From contig JAZKZS010000013.1 in the NCBI GenBank assembly GCA_045612765.1, positions 5,275 to 69,274 on the forward strand: a stretch of 64,000 nt of DNA, written 5' to 3'. Source of the stretch: Acutalibacteraceae bacterium (GTDB lineage Bacteria; Bacillota; Clostridia; Oscillospirales; Acutalibacteraceae). The notes below the pieces were generated by a model. The model had not been told where the DNA came from. It did no database searches and saw only the letters and a program-made list of their open reading frames with translations. Below, piece by piece: positions 1 to 9,522 of the stretch (positions within the stretch are counted from its first letter, which is position 1; each line of letters starts with the position of its first letter). Both the position numbers and the translations under genes were made by a program.

Positions 1-21
1 CGAATGAAATGTGCCTGAAAA

Positions 22-1425
22 TTATTTTTGAATATGATTTTGCGAAAAATGCTCACGAGTAATCTTGACTACAAGTCCCGAAAGACCAATAAGCGCTATA
101 AGGTTAGGTAATGCCATGAGGGCATTAAAACAGTCAGCTACAAGCCATACTGTATTTATCTCAGCAACTGCTCCTATAAACACAAAGGCAACGTAGATAA
201 TTCTGTAAATACCAATAGCTGTTTTTGAATGGTTTTTAAATATGTATCCAACGCTAACTTCGCCGTAATACGCCCAACCAAGTATGGTTGAAAGAGCAAA
301 GAAAACTGTTGAAACCGCAATTCCAATTCCGCCTATATAAGGTATAGCCTCATCAAACGCAGCGCTGCTGAGTGCTGCACCGCTAACGGAAGGAAGCTCA
401 CCGGAAGCATAAGCCGATGAATAAATATCAGATGTGAGAACAACTATAGCAGACATCGTACAAATAATTATAGTTGTAATAAACACTTCAAATACGCCCC
501 AAAGCCCCTGCTTAACGGGATCTTCGGTACTTGATGCAGAGTGAGCAATCGGAGCGCTACCGAGACCCGCCTCGTTTGAAAAAACGCCTCTGCCAACACC
601 ATAGCGCATTGCGGATAATATACTATATCCTGCAACTCCTCCAAATGCAGATTTGAAATTAAACGCCTCATTAAATATGAGTGCAAAAGCATTTGGAATC
701 TTGTTTGCGTTAAATGCAAGCGCAACAACCGATGCAAGTATAAAGAAAACCGCCATTACAGGTACTAATTTTTCATTTACCGTAGCAATTCTTTTTACAC
801 CACCAATAATAACAAATCCTACAATTACTGTAAGAATTACTCCGGTTATCCATGGCGCAATATTAAAATTCGAATTAATAACACCTGAAATTGAATTTGA
901 TTGTGTAGCATTTCCCGTGCCTATGCAGGCAATCATTGCAAACACAGCAAAAAGAATAGCAAGCCACTTAATGCCCAGACCGTTTTTAATATAGTACATA
1001 GGACCGCCTCTGAAAGCTCCGTGCTTGTCCTTCTCTCTAAATTTAAGAGCAAGAACAATTTCAGAATACTTTGTCACCATACCGAAAAGTGCGCTTATCC
1101 ACATCCAAAAAACGGCGCCCGGTCCTCCAAGCACCAATGCGGTTGCAACACCGGCAATACTTCCTGTACCAATAGTTCCCGCAAGCGCAGTGGTGACAGC
1201 TTGAAACGGACTTACACTGCCCGCATCTCGATGATGTAATTTTTTATTAAACATCATCCCTACTGTATTTTTTAAAACATAGCCAAACTTTCTAAATTGC
1301 AAGAAACCTGTTTTGATAGATAAAAATACACCAGTTGCAATCAAAAGAAACATCATAGCAATGCTTAGAATGTTGTCATATGTAAATCCAAGAAAAGCGT
1401 TTAAAGAATCAACTAATTTTTCCAT
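22..1425 (-). CDS. alanine/glycine:cation symporter (AGCS, sodium:alanine symporter family)
   Basis: ORF 22..1437. It is a polytopic membrane protein with family-typical stretches GFLQFRKF, SPFQAVTTALAGTIGTGSIAG and GGPGAVFWMW. The ATG at 1425 lies 5 nt after GGTGG, so I prefer it to the TTG at 1437. Confidence 0.85.
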   Translation of the reverse strand: MEKLVDSLNAFLGFTYDNILSIAMMFLLIATGVFLSIKTGFLQFRKFGYVLKNTVGMMFNKKLHHRDAGSVSPFQAVTTALAGTIGTGSIAGVATALVLGGPGAVFWMWISALFGMVTKYSEIVLALKFREKDKHGAFRGGPMYYIKNGLGIKWLAILFAVFAMIACIGTGNATQSNSISGVINSNFNIAPWITGVILTVIVGFVIIGGVKRIATVNEKLVPVMAVFFILASVVALAFNANKIPNAFALIFNEAFNFKSAFGGVAGYSILSAMRYGVGRGVFSNEAGLGSAPIAHSASSTEDPVKQGLWGVFEVFITTIIICTMSAIVVLTSDIYSSAYASGELPSVSGAALSSAAFDEAIPYIGGIGIAVSTVFFALSTILGWAYYGEVSVGYIFKNHSKTAIGIYRIIYVAFVFIGAVAEINTVWLVADCFNALMALPNLIALIGLSGLVVKITREHFSQNHIQK

Positions 1426-1521
1426 TGAAACCACCAACCAATAAACCTATATATTATATGTCACACAAAAAACAATCTCTTTAATATTAATTAAAGGGTT
1501 TTAAGAAAACTACATTTTTAA

Positions 1522-1550
1522 ATATTAATAACTTTATAGTAAAAAGTCAA
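1522..1550 (-). promoter_or_regulatory. sigma-A type promoter for the symporter gene
   Basis: Minus strand reads TTGACT, a 17-nt spacer, then TAATAT. Confidence 0.5.
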
Positions 1551-1553
1551 TAT

Positions 1554-1590
1554 AAAAAATTCCAAGGAAATTATGTCCTTGGAATTTTTT
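1554..1590 (-). terminator. rho-independent terminator downstream of tRNA-Leu (symmetrical)
   Basis: 9-bp stem TTCCAAGGA/TCCTTGGAA at 1560-1584, flanked by A6 and T6. Confidence 0.7.
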
Positions 1591-1677
1591 TGGTGCCGAT
1601 GACCGGACTTGAACCGGTACGATATTGCTACCGAGGGATTTTAAGTCCCTTGTGTCTGCCTATTCCACCACATCGGC
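1591..1677 (-). tRNA. tRNA-Leu (anticodon UAA), CCA encoded
   Basis: Minus strand has acceptor pairing GCCGATG...CATCGGC followed by A-CCA. It has a long variable arm, T-arm GGTTCAAGTCCGG and anticodon loop CTTAAAA. Length is 87 nt. Confidence 0.9.
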
Positions 1678-1686
1678 ATATCTAAA

Positions 1687-1715
1687 ATAATATAATATTT
1701 TAGATGTTTTGTCAA
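1687..1715 (-). promoter_or_regulatory. sigma-A type promoter for tRNA-Leu
   Basis: Minus strand reads TTGACA, a 17-nt spacer, then TATTAT, ending 9 nt before the tRNA 5' end. Confidence 0.6.
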
Positions 1716-1739
1716 GTGTTTTTTTACTACATTTGCAAA

Positions 1740-2108
1740 TTATTTGCAGCCACAACAGCTTCTGAAAAGTTTATCCACGTCTAAACGCTTTTCAGCCTTG
1801 TTTTTTACAAAGCTTAAAGCTTCAAAAACCGCTTCGGGTGCGGTGTTTGTATAAAATGCGTCGGTTACACCACGTTCACACCCAACGTGCAGGGTGCTTC
1901 TTAAAACGCCGTCCAAAAGGGACAAATCGTTCATTGGCTCAATTTTAAACAAGGTTAAAACCGAATCGACATCAAAAAGCGCATAACCTAATACCTCTGC
2001 CCCTTGGGTTGCTAAAAGCAAATTTGAATTATCAGAAAACGGAATATTTTCCTTTTGGTAATACTGCTTAATTAAATTTTTATCCTGTATGGGTTTTAAA
2101 ATAATCAA
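1740..2108 (-). CDS. hypothetical small protein (122 aa) with a Cys-rich C-terminal tail SCCGCK
   Basis: The ORF fills the gap after rluB, with a TTG start 1 nt after the rluB stop. I recognise no family. Confidence 0.5.
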   Translation of the reverse strand: MIILKPIQDKNLIKQYYQKENIPFSDNSNLLLATQGAEVLGYALFDVDSVLTLFKIEPMNDLSLLDGVLRSTLHVGCERGVTDAFYTNTAPEAVFEALSFVKNKAEKRLDVDKLFRSCCGCK

Positions 2109-2109
2109 A

Positions 2110-2856
2110 TTAATTACTTTCTTTCATTTGTGTAATGTTTGTCAAACGGCGCATTTCACGTTCGTTAAGGTTACGCCAACTGCCACGGGGCAACATACCA
2201 AGCTTAACACCTGCAATTTCGGTACGTTTAAGGCGTAAAACCTCTAAATTAACGGCTTCGCACATACGGCGGATTTGGCGGTTTCTTCCCTCACTTATAA
2301 TGAAAATAAGCACTGTTCGGTCAGCCTTTCTTTCGGCTACAAAGCAGTCACAGGGCTGTACCTTTTTGCCGTCAAGCGAAATGCTACCTTCGGTAAGCTT
2401 CAAAAGCTTTTCATCCTCTACCTGACCTGCAACGGTTACACGGTAGGTTTTATTAACGTGTGACGACGGGTGGGTAAGCTTGTTTGCAAAATCACCGTCG
2501 TTGGTCATAAACAAAAGACCTTCGGAATTCATATCAAGACGTCCCACTGGGAAAAGGCGGTCGCCCGCATCCTTAACCAAGTCGGTAACGCATTTTCTAC
2601 CCTTTTCGTCGCTTGTTGTCGTAACAAAGCCACGGGGTTTGTGAAGCATTATATAAACCTTTTCGGTTTTACCTGCAACAACAGTTTTACCACGAACGGT
2701 AATTTTATCACGCTTGGGGTCAACCTTTTGACCAATAATAGCCACGTGACCGTTCACCTTAACCTTACCCATTTCGATAAGCTCTTCAGCCTTGCGGCGT
2801 GAGGCAATGCCACATTCAGCTAAATGCTTTTGTAATCTTACTTTATTATCCTTCAT
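2110..2856 (-). CDS. rluB: pseudouridine synthase, RsuA/RluB family
   Basis: N-terminal S4 domain (LQKHLAECGIASRRKAEELI) and catalytic-Asp motif GRLDMNSEGLL. Confidence 0.9.
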   Translation of the reverse strand: MKDNKVRLQKHLAECGIASRRKAEELIEMGKVKVNGHVAIIGQKVDPKRDKITVRGKTVVAGKTEKVYIMLHKPRGFVTTTSDEKGRKCVTDLVKDAGDRLFPVGRLDMNSEGLLFMTNDGDFANKLTHPSSHVNKTYRVTVAGQVEDEKLLKLTEGSISLDGKKVQPCDCFVAERKADRTVLIFIISEGRNRQIRRMCEAVNLEVLRLKRTEIAGVKLGMLPRGSWRNLNEREMRRLTNITQMKESN

Positions 2857-2857
2857 T

Positions 2858-3982
2858 TTAATCTCCTAAAATAAATTGCGCTATATGTAAAAAGTTTTTT
2901 ATTACATTGTTTTTATCTTCATATTTATAAAGCTTAATATCGTTTTCGGCTTTAATTTGCTGTTCTAACAAAACCTTGCCGTTTTGCATATAAACCGCTT
3001 TACCTATTACCTCGCCCTTATTAACGGGTGCAAATATATATGGCGGCAAATATACCTGACAGCTAAAGCCCTCACTTTCGCTGCTATTTAATAAAAACGG
3101 TTTTATTTTAACGGTTAGGCTTTCAGTCGTACCGCTTATAACGGGAATTTCATACTCGCTTTTTTTAGGTGTAATTTCGGTTTGTATTATTTTTGAAAGC
3201 CCATACTGCAGCATATTTTTATGGTCTTGCCAGTCGTTAGGTGCATTAAGGGTTACCGCTATAACGTACTTGCCGCCGCTTTTAACCGCCGACACCAAGC
3301 ATCGTCCCGACTTTTTGGTAAAGCCTGTTTTAACACCCACACATCCGTTAACCATTTTTAAAAGCTTGTTGTGGTTTGTAAGGGTGCGCCTATAAGGCGG
3401 ATTACCGTAATTTAAAACTGCACTTTTGCAACCAACCGCCGCCGCAAAATCGTTGTTTTGCATTGCATATTTTGTAAGCAAGGCTAAATCGTAAGCGGTG
3501 GTGTAATGGTTTTCATCATCAAGACCCGACGGGGTAACAAAATTAGTGTTTTTAAGGCCAATTTCCTTTGCCTTATTGTTCATAAGAACGGCAAAATCCT
3601 TTGTGCTGCCCGCCATAACAATTGCAATAGTATTTGCCGCATCATTACCTGATGCCAGCATTAAGCCGTAAAGCAAATCACGAAGTGTTACCTTATCACC
3701 AACCAAAAGCCCCATTGACGAGCCTTCAACCTGTACCATTTCGGCAGTTATGGTAATTTCACGGTTTAAATTGCCGTGTTCACAAAGCAAAAGCCCCGTC
3801 ATAATTTTGGTGGTACTTGCCATTGGAAGCCGCTTATCACAATTTTTTGAAAACAAAACCTCGCCCGTGTCACCGCAAATAACCACCGCCGCCTTGGCCG
3901 AAACCTCAAGCGCTGAAGCAGTTATTGGTAATGATACGAAAATCATTATTAAAACAGTAAAAACCGAAGCTAACCTTTTCAC
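2858..3982 (-). CDS. D-alanyl-D-alanine carboxypeptidase (serine-type, PBP5 family)
   Basis: Signal peptide plus SxxK (ASTTKIMT), SxN (ASGND) and KTG (VKTGFT) motifs. The second GTG at 3982 lies 6 nt after GGGGTG, so I prefer it to 3991. Confidence 0.88.
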   Translation of the reverse strand: MKRLASVFTVLIMIFVSLPITASALEVSAKAAVVICGDTGEVLFSKNCDKRLPMASTTKIMTGLLLCEHGNLNREITITAEMVQVEGSSMGLLVGDKVTLRDLLYGLMLASGNDAANTIAIVMAGSTKDFAVLMNNKAKEIGLKNTNFVTPSGLDDENHYTTAYDLALLTKYAMQNNDFAAAVGCKSAVLNYGNPPYRRTLTNHNKLLKMVNGCVGVKTGFTKKSGRCLVSAVKSGGKYVIAVTLNAPNDWQDHKNMLQYGLSKIIQTEITPKKSEYEIPVISGTTESLTVKIKPFLLNSSESEGFSCQVYLPPYIFAPVNKGEVIGKAVYMQNGKVLLEQQIKAENDIKLYKYEDKNNVIKNFLHIAQFILGD

Positions 3983-3990
3983 AAAACACA

Positions 3991-4017
3991 CCCCGTTTTA
4001 AATTTATTAAAACGAGG
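3991..4017 (-). terminator. hairpin between ytfJ and the carboxypeptidase gene (weak terminator or RBS-occluding stem)
   Basis: 10-bp stem CCCCGTTTTA/TAAAACGAGG with one G-U pair. On the minus strand it is followed by TGTGTTTTGTG, and its 3' arm contains the GGGG of the downstream SD. Confidence 0.3.
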
Positions 4018-4034
4018 TTTCGCTTATGACAATA

Positions 4035-4406
4035 TTACTTTTCTTTGTCTTTTGAAAAAATTTCTTTAGCTTTATCAATAATTTCGGGCGCCATTGTAAC
4101 AGCCTTTTCAAGTGTGGTAAGCTCGTTATAAATGGGTACCATTTTAACGTTACCGTCCTTAATTACCATAAAAGCAATAGGCGAAACGGTAACACCTGCA
4201 CCGCTGCCACCGCCAAAAAGACCCTGCTGATTTTTGGTTGCAAAATCGCTGCCGCCTGTTGCAATACCGTAAGCCACCTTTGAAACGGGAATTAAAGTAA
4301 GCCCGTCTACAACAATGGGGTCACCTGTGATAACGTCGGCGTTAACCATAGCCTTTAGCTTGTCCATTGTAGTGTCTAAAATTGCTTGGATTTTATTATC
4401 GCTCAT
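4035..4406 (-). CDS. ytfJ: sporulation protein YtfJ (GerW family)
   Basis: 123 aa containing GDPIVVDGLTLIPVSKV...GGGSGAG, typical of YtfJ, and paired with a DUF2953 gene as in other spore formers. Confidence 0.85.
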   Translation of the reverse strand: MSDNKIQAILDTTMDKLKAMVNADVITGDPIVVDGLTLIPVSKVAYGIATGGSDFATKNQQGLFGGGSGAGVTVSPIAFMVIKDGNVKMVPIYNELTTLEKAVTMAPEIIDKAKEIFSKDKEK

Positions 4407-5014
4407 TATAACTCATTCCTCACACTGAAATTTTTATATTCTTTTAATGCCTTAAAGGCTATTATTAGAAGTAAAAGTGCATTAGCTTTAACGTCAAACG
4501 AGGTTGAAAATTCGCTTTCGTTATGCTTAAAGCCCGCCTCGACGTTAATTTGCTTTAGCTTAATATTTAGGTTTTGGTCAATAAATGAAAGCACGGGGTA
4601 AACAATACCGCAAACCGCGCCGTATTCAATTGCAGTCATTGCGGCATCCTCGCCAACAATTATTAAACCAAGCTTAAATTTTCTAAATTTAATTTTTAAA
4701 AGCTGCGGCTTTATTTCACGAATAACCGCACTTGCAAAATCGAAAAGCTCCTTAATTGCACCCTTAAAACCGTGCTTGGCTTTAAGCTTTGAAAATATAC
4801 CCTGTTCTTTTTCCTTGGGCTTTTGGTCGGTGCTTTCGCTTTCCTTCTTTTCGGTTTTTGGTTTTTCATCTTGCTTTAATTTATAAACCGTTATACCTAA
4901 AAATTTAATTTTTAAATTAAGGTCGTCCTTAAACTTAATTTGGGCAGTAATAGGCAAAAGCAAAATTAATGCTATCAGCAATAAAATACCGCCGATAATA
5001 TAAAGCGCTACCAC
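4406..5014 (-). CDS. DUF2953 (YtfI-like) membrane-anchored protein
   Basis: N-terminal TM helix and a Lys/Glu-rich linker. Its stop overlaps the ytfJ start. Confidence 0.6.
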   Translation of the reverse strand: MVALYIIGGILLLIALILLLPITAQIKFKDDLNLKIKFLGITVYKLKQDEKPKTEKKESESTDQKPKEKEQGIFSKLKAKHGFKGAIKELFDFASAVIREIKPQLLKIKFRKFKLGLIIVGEDAAMTAIEYGAVCGIVYPVLSFIDQNLNIKLKQINVEAGFKHNESEFSTSFDVKANALLLLIIAFKALKEYKNFSVRNEL

Positions 5015-5057
5015 TACAACACCCCTTTTAAGTTAATTTTGGCAAATTATTTATAGT

Positions 5058-5624
5058 TTATTCATCAGTTAGGGCTAACTGCTCGCCAACATCGTTCATT
5101 TCGCCGTCCTCTTGGTTTTTTGGAAGTGGCGGTAATTCACTTAAATCGCCAAGTTGGAAGCAGCGTAAGAAGTTTTTAGTGGTACCGTAAAGCAAGGGCT
5201 TACCGGGAAGCTCTAAACGGCCACGTTCTTCAACAAGCCCCTTTTCAATAAGGGTGGTAACAACACTTGAACAGTCAACACCGCGCACCTGCTCAATAAA
5301 CGATTTGGTAACGGGTTGGTTATAAGCCACAACCGCCAACACCTCAAGCGCGGCATTTGAAAGCGGTGTGCGGCGCTTAATATCAAAGGCTTTTTTAATA
5401 TATTCACTATATTCGGCCTTGGTGGTAAGCTGATATGCATTATCAAGTCTTACAAGCTTAATACCGCTGTCGTCAGCTTCTAGCTTTTTCATTAAAAGTT
5501 CCATAATTTCAACCGTTTTGTTTGGGGTAATTTCAAACACCTGTGTAAAACGGTCTATTGATAAAGGCTCGCCACTTGCGAAAAGCACGGCTTCAAAAGC
5601 CTTAACAAGTTCATTTTTTGTCAT
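5058..5624 (-). CDS. scpB: segregation and condensation protein B
   Basis: The stretch EAVLFASGEPLSI...LEVLAVVAYNQPVTKSFIEQVRGV is typical ScpB. The gene overlaps the scpA stop. Confidence 0.9.
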   Translation of the reverse strand: MTKNELVKAFEAVLFASGEPLSIDRFTQVFEITPNKTVEIMELLMKKLEADDSGIKLVRLDNAYQLTTKAEYSEYIKKAFDIKRRTPLSNAALEVLAVVAYNQPVTKSFIEQVRGVDCSSVVTTLIEKGLVEERGRLELPGKPLLYGTTKNFLRCFQLGDLSELPPLPKNQEDGEMNDVGEQLALTDE

Positions 5625-6340
5625 TTGCGCTTACGCTCCTTAATTAACGAAATTTCCTGTTCTTCACCGTCACCCGTAACAACAACACGGTTAGCTTTGC
5701 AAAGCTCAAGCACGGCTAAAAAGGTTGCCACCATTTCGGAACGGCTTTCAGCATTACCGTAAAGCTCAACAAGCTTTTTGCGGTTACCCTTCCAAAGAGT
5801 ACGAATAACAAACACAATTTTGGTTGAAACCGCCACAATTTTTTTTGCAACAATTTTGGTAAAGGGTGCGGTAGATGGCGGCAAACGGCGTTTGCCCCTG
5901 CCCACAGCCGAAATATATGCATCAAACACAACCTGTTTATCGTGCTTTAACACATAGGTCTTGTCCACCTCAATGTCGGCAGGAAGGCGCACAAACAAAT
6001 CAAAGCCGCCCTGCATTTGCGAAAACTTTTTAGCCATTTGCTGACAAACTAAGTATTCGAGCAGTTCGCCTGTAAGTTCTTCCTTAAGCTTAACAACCTC
6101 GTCGTGCTTGGGAAGTAAGCTTACGGTTTTTATGTACAAAAGACGTGACGCCATTTCCAAAAAATCGCTCGAAATTTCCATTTCGCCCTCTTTAACGGCT
6201 TCAATTTGAGCAAGATATTGGTCGATAAGCTCCAACAAAGGAATATCGTAAATATTATATTTGTTACGTGCAATAAGCTGCAGTAACAAATCAAGCGGGC
6301 CTTCAAAGCCGTCCAGCCTATAACTTAAAGTTTGTTCCAT
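5621..6340 (-). CDS. scpA: segregation and condensation protein A
   Basis: The stretch FEGPLDLLLQLIARNKYNIYDIPL is typical ScpA (kleisin). It lies upstream of scpB. Confidence 0.9.
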   Translation of the reverse strand: MEQTLSYRLDGFEGPLDLLLQLIARNKYNIYDIPLLELIDQYLAQIEAVKEGEMEISSDFLEMASRLLYIKTVSLLPKHDEVVKLKEELTGELLEYLVCQQMAKKFSQMQGGFDLFVRLPADIEVDKTYVLKHDKQVVFDAYISAVGRGKRRLPPSTAPFTKIVAKKIVAVSTKIVFVIRTLWKGNRKKLVELYGNAESRSEMVATFLAVLELCKANRVVVTGDGEEQEISLIKERKRK

Positions 6341-6348
6341 TAGTCACC

Positions 6349-7026
6349 TCAAAAAAACAATTGAAAAGGTAAAGACACAATTTCATTAATAAAATTCATT
6401 ATAGCGGTAGCAATCGTATCTATCGGAAGCGTTAAGATGTCTGATGCAATGAGAGCAAGCACAATTACCATTAAAATGCGTTCATACTGCATAACCTTCC
6501 AATAATATTTATCAGGTAAAATTGCAAACAAAATGCGTGAGCCGTCAAACGGAGGGATGGGTATAAAGTTAAAAACTGCCAAATAGATATTATAAAAAGC
6601 AATAGTCACAAAAAAGTCCCACGCGTATACCGCAAAAATGCCGAGCGGTGTAGCAAAAACAAAAATTATGTAAGCAAACACCATAGAAATTGTTGCCGAA
6701 ATAATATTTGCCGCAGGACCTGCAAATGCGGTTATCGCCATACCTATTTTAGGATTGTTAAAATTACGGGGGTTAACCTGTACAGCCTTTGCCCAACCAA
6801 CACCTAAAAACAACATAGATAAAGCACCTATATAATCGATATGCGCAAAGGGATTAAGGGTAAGTCTGCCTTGGTAACGGGGTGTAGGGTCACCAAGCTT
6901 TGTAGCAATAAAGCCGTGCGCCCATTCGTGAACAGGCATTGTTAGAAATATTATCACCAAACAGGATAACACGTGAACAATTAAGTCGGATATTTGAAAA
7001 TCACCTGTTATTATATCCATCAACAA
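6349..7026 (-). CDS. site-2 protease family (peptidase M50) membrane metalloprotease
   Basis: HEWAHG zinc motif in a polytopic protein. The TTG start lies 7 nt after GGAGTG. Confidence 0.8.
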   Translation of the reverse strand: MLMDIITGDFQISDLIVHVLSCLVIIFLTMPVHEWAHGFIATKLGDPTPRYQGRLTLNPFAHIDYIGALSMLFLGVGWAKAVQVNPRNFNNPKIGMAITAFAGPAANIISATISMVFAYIIFVFATPLGIFAVYAWDFFVTIAFYNIYLAVFNFIPIPPFDGSRILFAILPDKYYWKVMQYERILMVIVLALIASDILTLPIDTIATAIMNFINEIVSLPFQLFF

Positions 7027-7076
7027 GACATATCACTCCAAATTAGCATATTATTAGTTATATTATAATATATATT

Positions 7077-7095
7077 ACCAAAAAAGACAAGAAGA
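7077..7095. repeat. 19-nt direct repeat, copy 1 (ACCAAAAAAGACAAGAAGA)
   Basis: Identical to 7983-8001. Copy 2 is the 5' half of the terminator hairpin after the flippase gene. Confidence 0.8.
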
Positions 7096-7100
7096 AATAT

Positions 7101-7135
7101 AAAAACGGTGAGCAGAAAACTGCCCACCGTTTTTT
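7101..7135 (-). terminator. rho-independent terminator after the 75-aa ORF
   Basis: 11-bp stem ACGGTGAGCAG/CTGCCCACCGT with one mismatch, flanked by A5 and T5. Confidence 0.65.
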
Positions 7136-7150
7136 ATGCCATAATGATAA

Positions 7151-7378
7151 TTAAGCCTTAAGCCATTCGTCTGCCTTGTCAGCTGACATTCTCTTAATGT
7201 TTTCTTCGGGGTACTTAGAATCAACGCCGCCGTTTACATAAAGAAAATATTTGCCGCCTTCGGTTACATAAAGGCTTTCTTCATAACCTGCTGCATCACC
7301 GAATGCACCAAAGGTGTTCTTCTTAACAAGTGTTGCAGTTTCAGTATTATATTCAACCTTGCAAATGATTTTTTTCAT
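7151..7378 (-). CDS. hypothetical small protein (75 aa)
   Basis: ORF 7151..7420. The ATG at 7378 (MKKIICKVEYN...) lies 8 nt after GGAG. I recognise no family. Confidence 0.5.
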   Translation of the reverse strand: MKKIICKVEYNTETATLVKKNTFGAFGDAAGYEESLYVTEGGKYFLYVNGGVDSKYPEENIKRMSADKADEWLKA

Positions 7379-7603
7379 TTGTTTTACTCCTTTTTTAGAT
7401 TTCATAAATATTATACACATTATAATCTAAAATTCAATAGTCGAAATGCACATAAATAATTAACAGAATAAATCAATGTTGATAGTTTTATATTTTGTGG
7501 AGAGCGTTAAGGATTTATACTATAAGAATATCGCTTTTAATAAAACCGTCATAATGCTTATACACAAAGTTCATACCGTATTCTTCAATATTGCCCGTAA
7601 TCA

Positions 7604-7851
7604 TTAGGTAACAAAGCCGTTATTTAGCAAGGTTTCAATATATACATTATAATCGTCAAGAACTGTTTGGGTTGCTCGTGTTATATACATACCCTCCTGC
7701 TTTAAGGTAGCTAAAACACCACTGGGAAATTGGGGAAATTCGTCTACCTTTAACACCACTTTTGGCTTGCTATTATTGGAACTAGCGCCACAAGCCGAAA
7801 AAACACCCACAATTAACGCCAAAACAATAACCACCGCTAATATTTTTTCAT
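7604..7851 (-). pseudogene. small lipoprotein gene, apparently frameshifted in an A6 run within the signal peptide
   Basis: The ATG at 7851 lies 6 nt after AAGGAAG but reads MKKY-stop. With one extra A it would read MKKILAVVIVLALIVGVFSAC.., a standard lipobox signal, joining the tracked ORF 7604..7834. Confidence 0.4.
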
Positions 7852-7985
7852 CATTTACTTCCTTACATAATTAAAAGCAATTTAATTATACTAATTTTTT
7901 TGATAAATGAAAAACTGTACTGAAAACCAAAGAAGGCATATATTCCCCAATAGTATATCATCACCCGAATTATAAGATATAAACC

Positions 7986-8025
7986 AAAAAAGACAAGAAG
8001 ATAATTGTTTATCTTCTTGTCTTTT
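7986..8025 (-). terminator. rho-independent terminator after the flippase gene (contains direct repeat copy 2)
   Basis: 14-bp stem AAGACAAGAAGATA/TATCTTCTTGTCTT at 7990-8023 with A-run and T-run flanks. Confidence 0.75.
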
Positions 8026-8050
8026 AAGAAAGTTATTTATAAAAAAACTT

Positions 8051-9463
8051 TTATAGGCGCCTTTTTACAAATGAAATCAGCTTTTCAAAAAATGCCTTGA
8101 AAAACTTGAAATTTATTGCAAAAAGCAAGCTAAAGCAGGCGGCTTGTACAAGATAATTTAGCGGCAAACCAAAAAGCATATATCCAATTTGCAAAAGCAC
8201 TATTAAACAGTTAATAGAGACCGTAACAAAATGTATTTTGAAGGGAATATATTTTTTAGCATCATAGGTGCGAATAATAAACACCGCTATATAGCTTACA
8301 AAGGTTGCTATCGCGGCACCCTGCGAGCCAATTCTTGGTATTGGTATTAACAAAAAGTTTAAGGCAATGTTTAAGACGGCACCCACCATGGTGGTCAAAA
8401 ATGAATTTTTACTGCGCTTTTCAACCACATAAACTGAACCCATAAAGTTTGCAAATGCGCTGAATATCATTGCAAGTGACAGCATTGGAACAAATTTCCA
8501 AGCCGAATAAAAGCTTTCAGTTGTAAGAATTTTTATAAGAGGCACCGAAAGTGCGGTTATTGCCGAGCCTGCCAAAAACATTACGCTTTGGAAGGACGCC
8601 CACACCTTACCATAAAATTCGATATGCTCTTTTTTATCGTTTTCAGATTCGCTTATAGCTGAAAACTGCCACGCCTGCATGAAAACGGTAGAAATCAAGG
8701 TTAAAACGGTTGGAAGCTTATTTGAAACGGCATAAATACCATTTTCAGCTTCACCCAAAAAGTAGGTAACCATATACCTGTCAGACACGCTTGTTACCCA
8801 CCAAAAAATAGTTGCAGGTATCATTGGAATGCTAAAAATTAGCATTTGCTTTAGGGTTGATTTATTGGGCTTTGCAATAATTTCACGCCAAAGCTTTTCC
8901 TTTGCAAAAATTATAAGCGATGTAAGTCCGTCTGCCAAAGCAACCGACAAAACGTAGCCTATAATTCCAAATTCAAACACAGCCAAAAACAGTATATTAA
9001 ATACAATTACAAGTGCGGTATTAATAATACCCTGTACCGCAAAAAAGGCGGTTTTGTTTTTAGCACGTATAAACTGAGCGCAAAGTGAATGATAGCATGA
9101 AGCCATTGTATAAAGCACAACAAGCCACAAATAGCCTTGCATTTGGCTTGAAAGTGATAAAATTGGCCCAATTATTAAAAACAGCAAGCCACCAAGGGTT
9201 ATGGTATATAGGCCTGATGAAAAAACGCTTTTTTTATCGTGATTGCTATCAATAGCAAAACGAAAAACACCATTAGTAATGCCAAGTGAAATAATTGGTA
9301 ATAAAAGGTTGCAGGTTTGGGTTATAATATCCGCCGTGCCGAATTCGGCCGTGGTAAGATAGCCCGTATAAAAGCGCACCATAAAAAATACCAACAGCTT
9401 TGAACCAATGGTACCCAAACTTATAAGTGCAGTATTTGAAGCTAAGGTTTTGTATTTATTCAT
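8051..9463 (-). CDS. polysaccharide/oligosaccharide flippase (MOP superfamily, Wzx/SpoVB-like)
   Basis: 470 aa with about 14 TM helices. The N-terminus LASNTALISLGTIGSKLLVFFMVRFYT is typical of polysaccharide biosynthesis proteins. Confidence 0.8.
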   Translation of the reverse strand: MNKYKTLASNTALISLGTIGSKLLVFFMVRFYTGYLTTAEFGTADIITQTCNLLLPIISLGITNGVFRFAIDSNHDKKSVFSSGLYTITLGGLLFLIIGPILSLSSQMQGYLWLVVLYTMASCYHSLCAQFIRAKNKTAFFAVQGIINTALVIVFNILFLAVFEFGIIGYVLSVALADGLTSLIIFAKEKLWREIIAKPNKSTLKQMLIFSIPMIPATIFWWVTSVSDRYMVTYFLGEAENGIYAVSNKLPTVLTLISTVFMQAWQFSAISESENDKKEHIEFYGKVWASFQSVMFLAGSAITALSVPLIKILTTESFYSAWKFVPMLSLAMIFSAFANFMGSVYVVEKRSKNSFLTTMVGAVLNIALNFLLIPIPRIGSQGAAIATFVSYIAVFIIRTYDAKKYIPFKIHFVTVSINCLIVLLQIGYMLFGLPLNYLVQAACFSLLFAINFKFFKAFFEKLISFVKRRL

Positions 9464-9522
9464 AAAGTTATACTTCCCTTTTTTCTACATCCTATTAATG
9501 ATACTTTATTTTGCGACAACTG

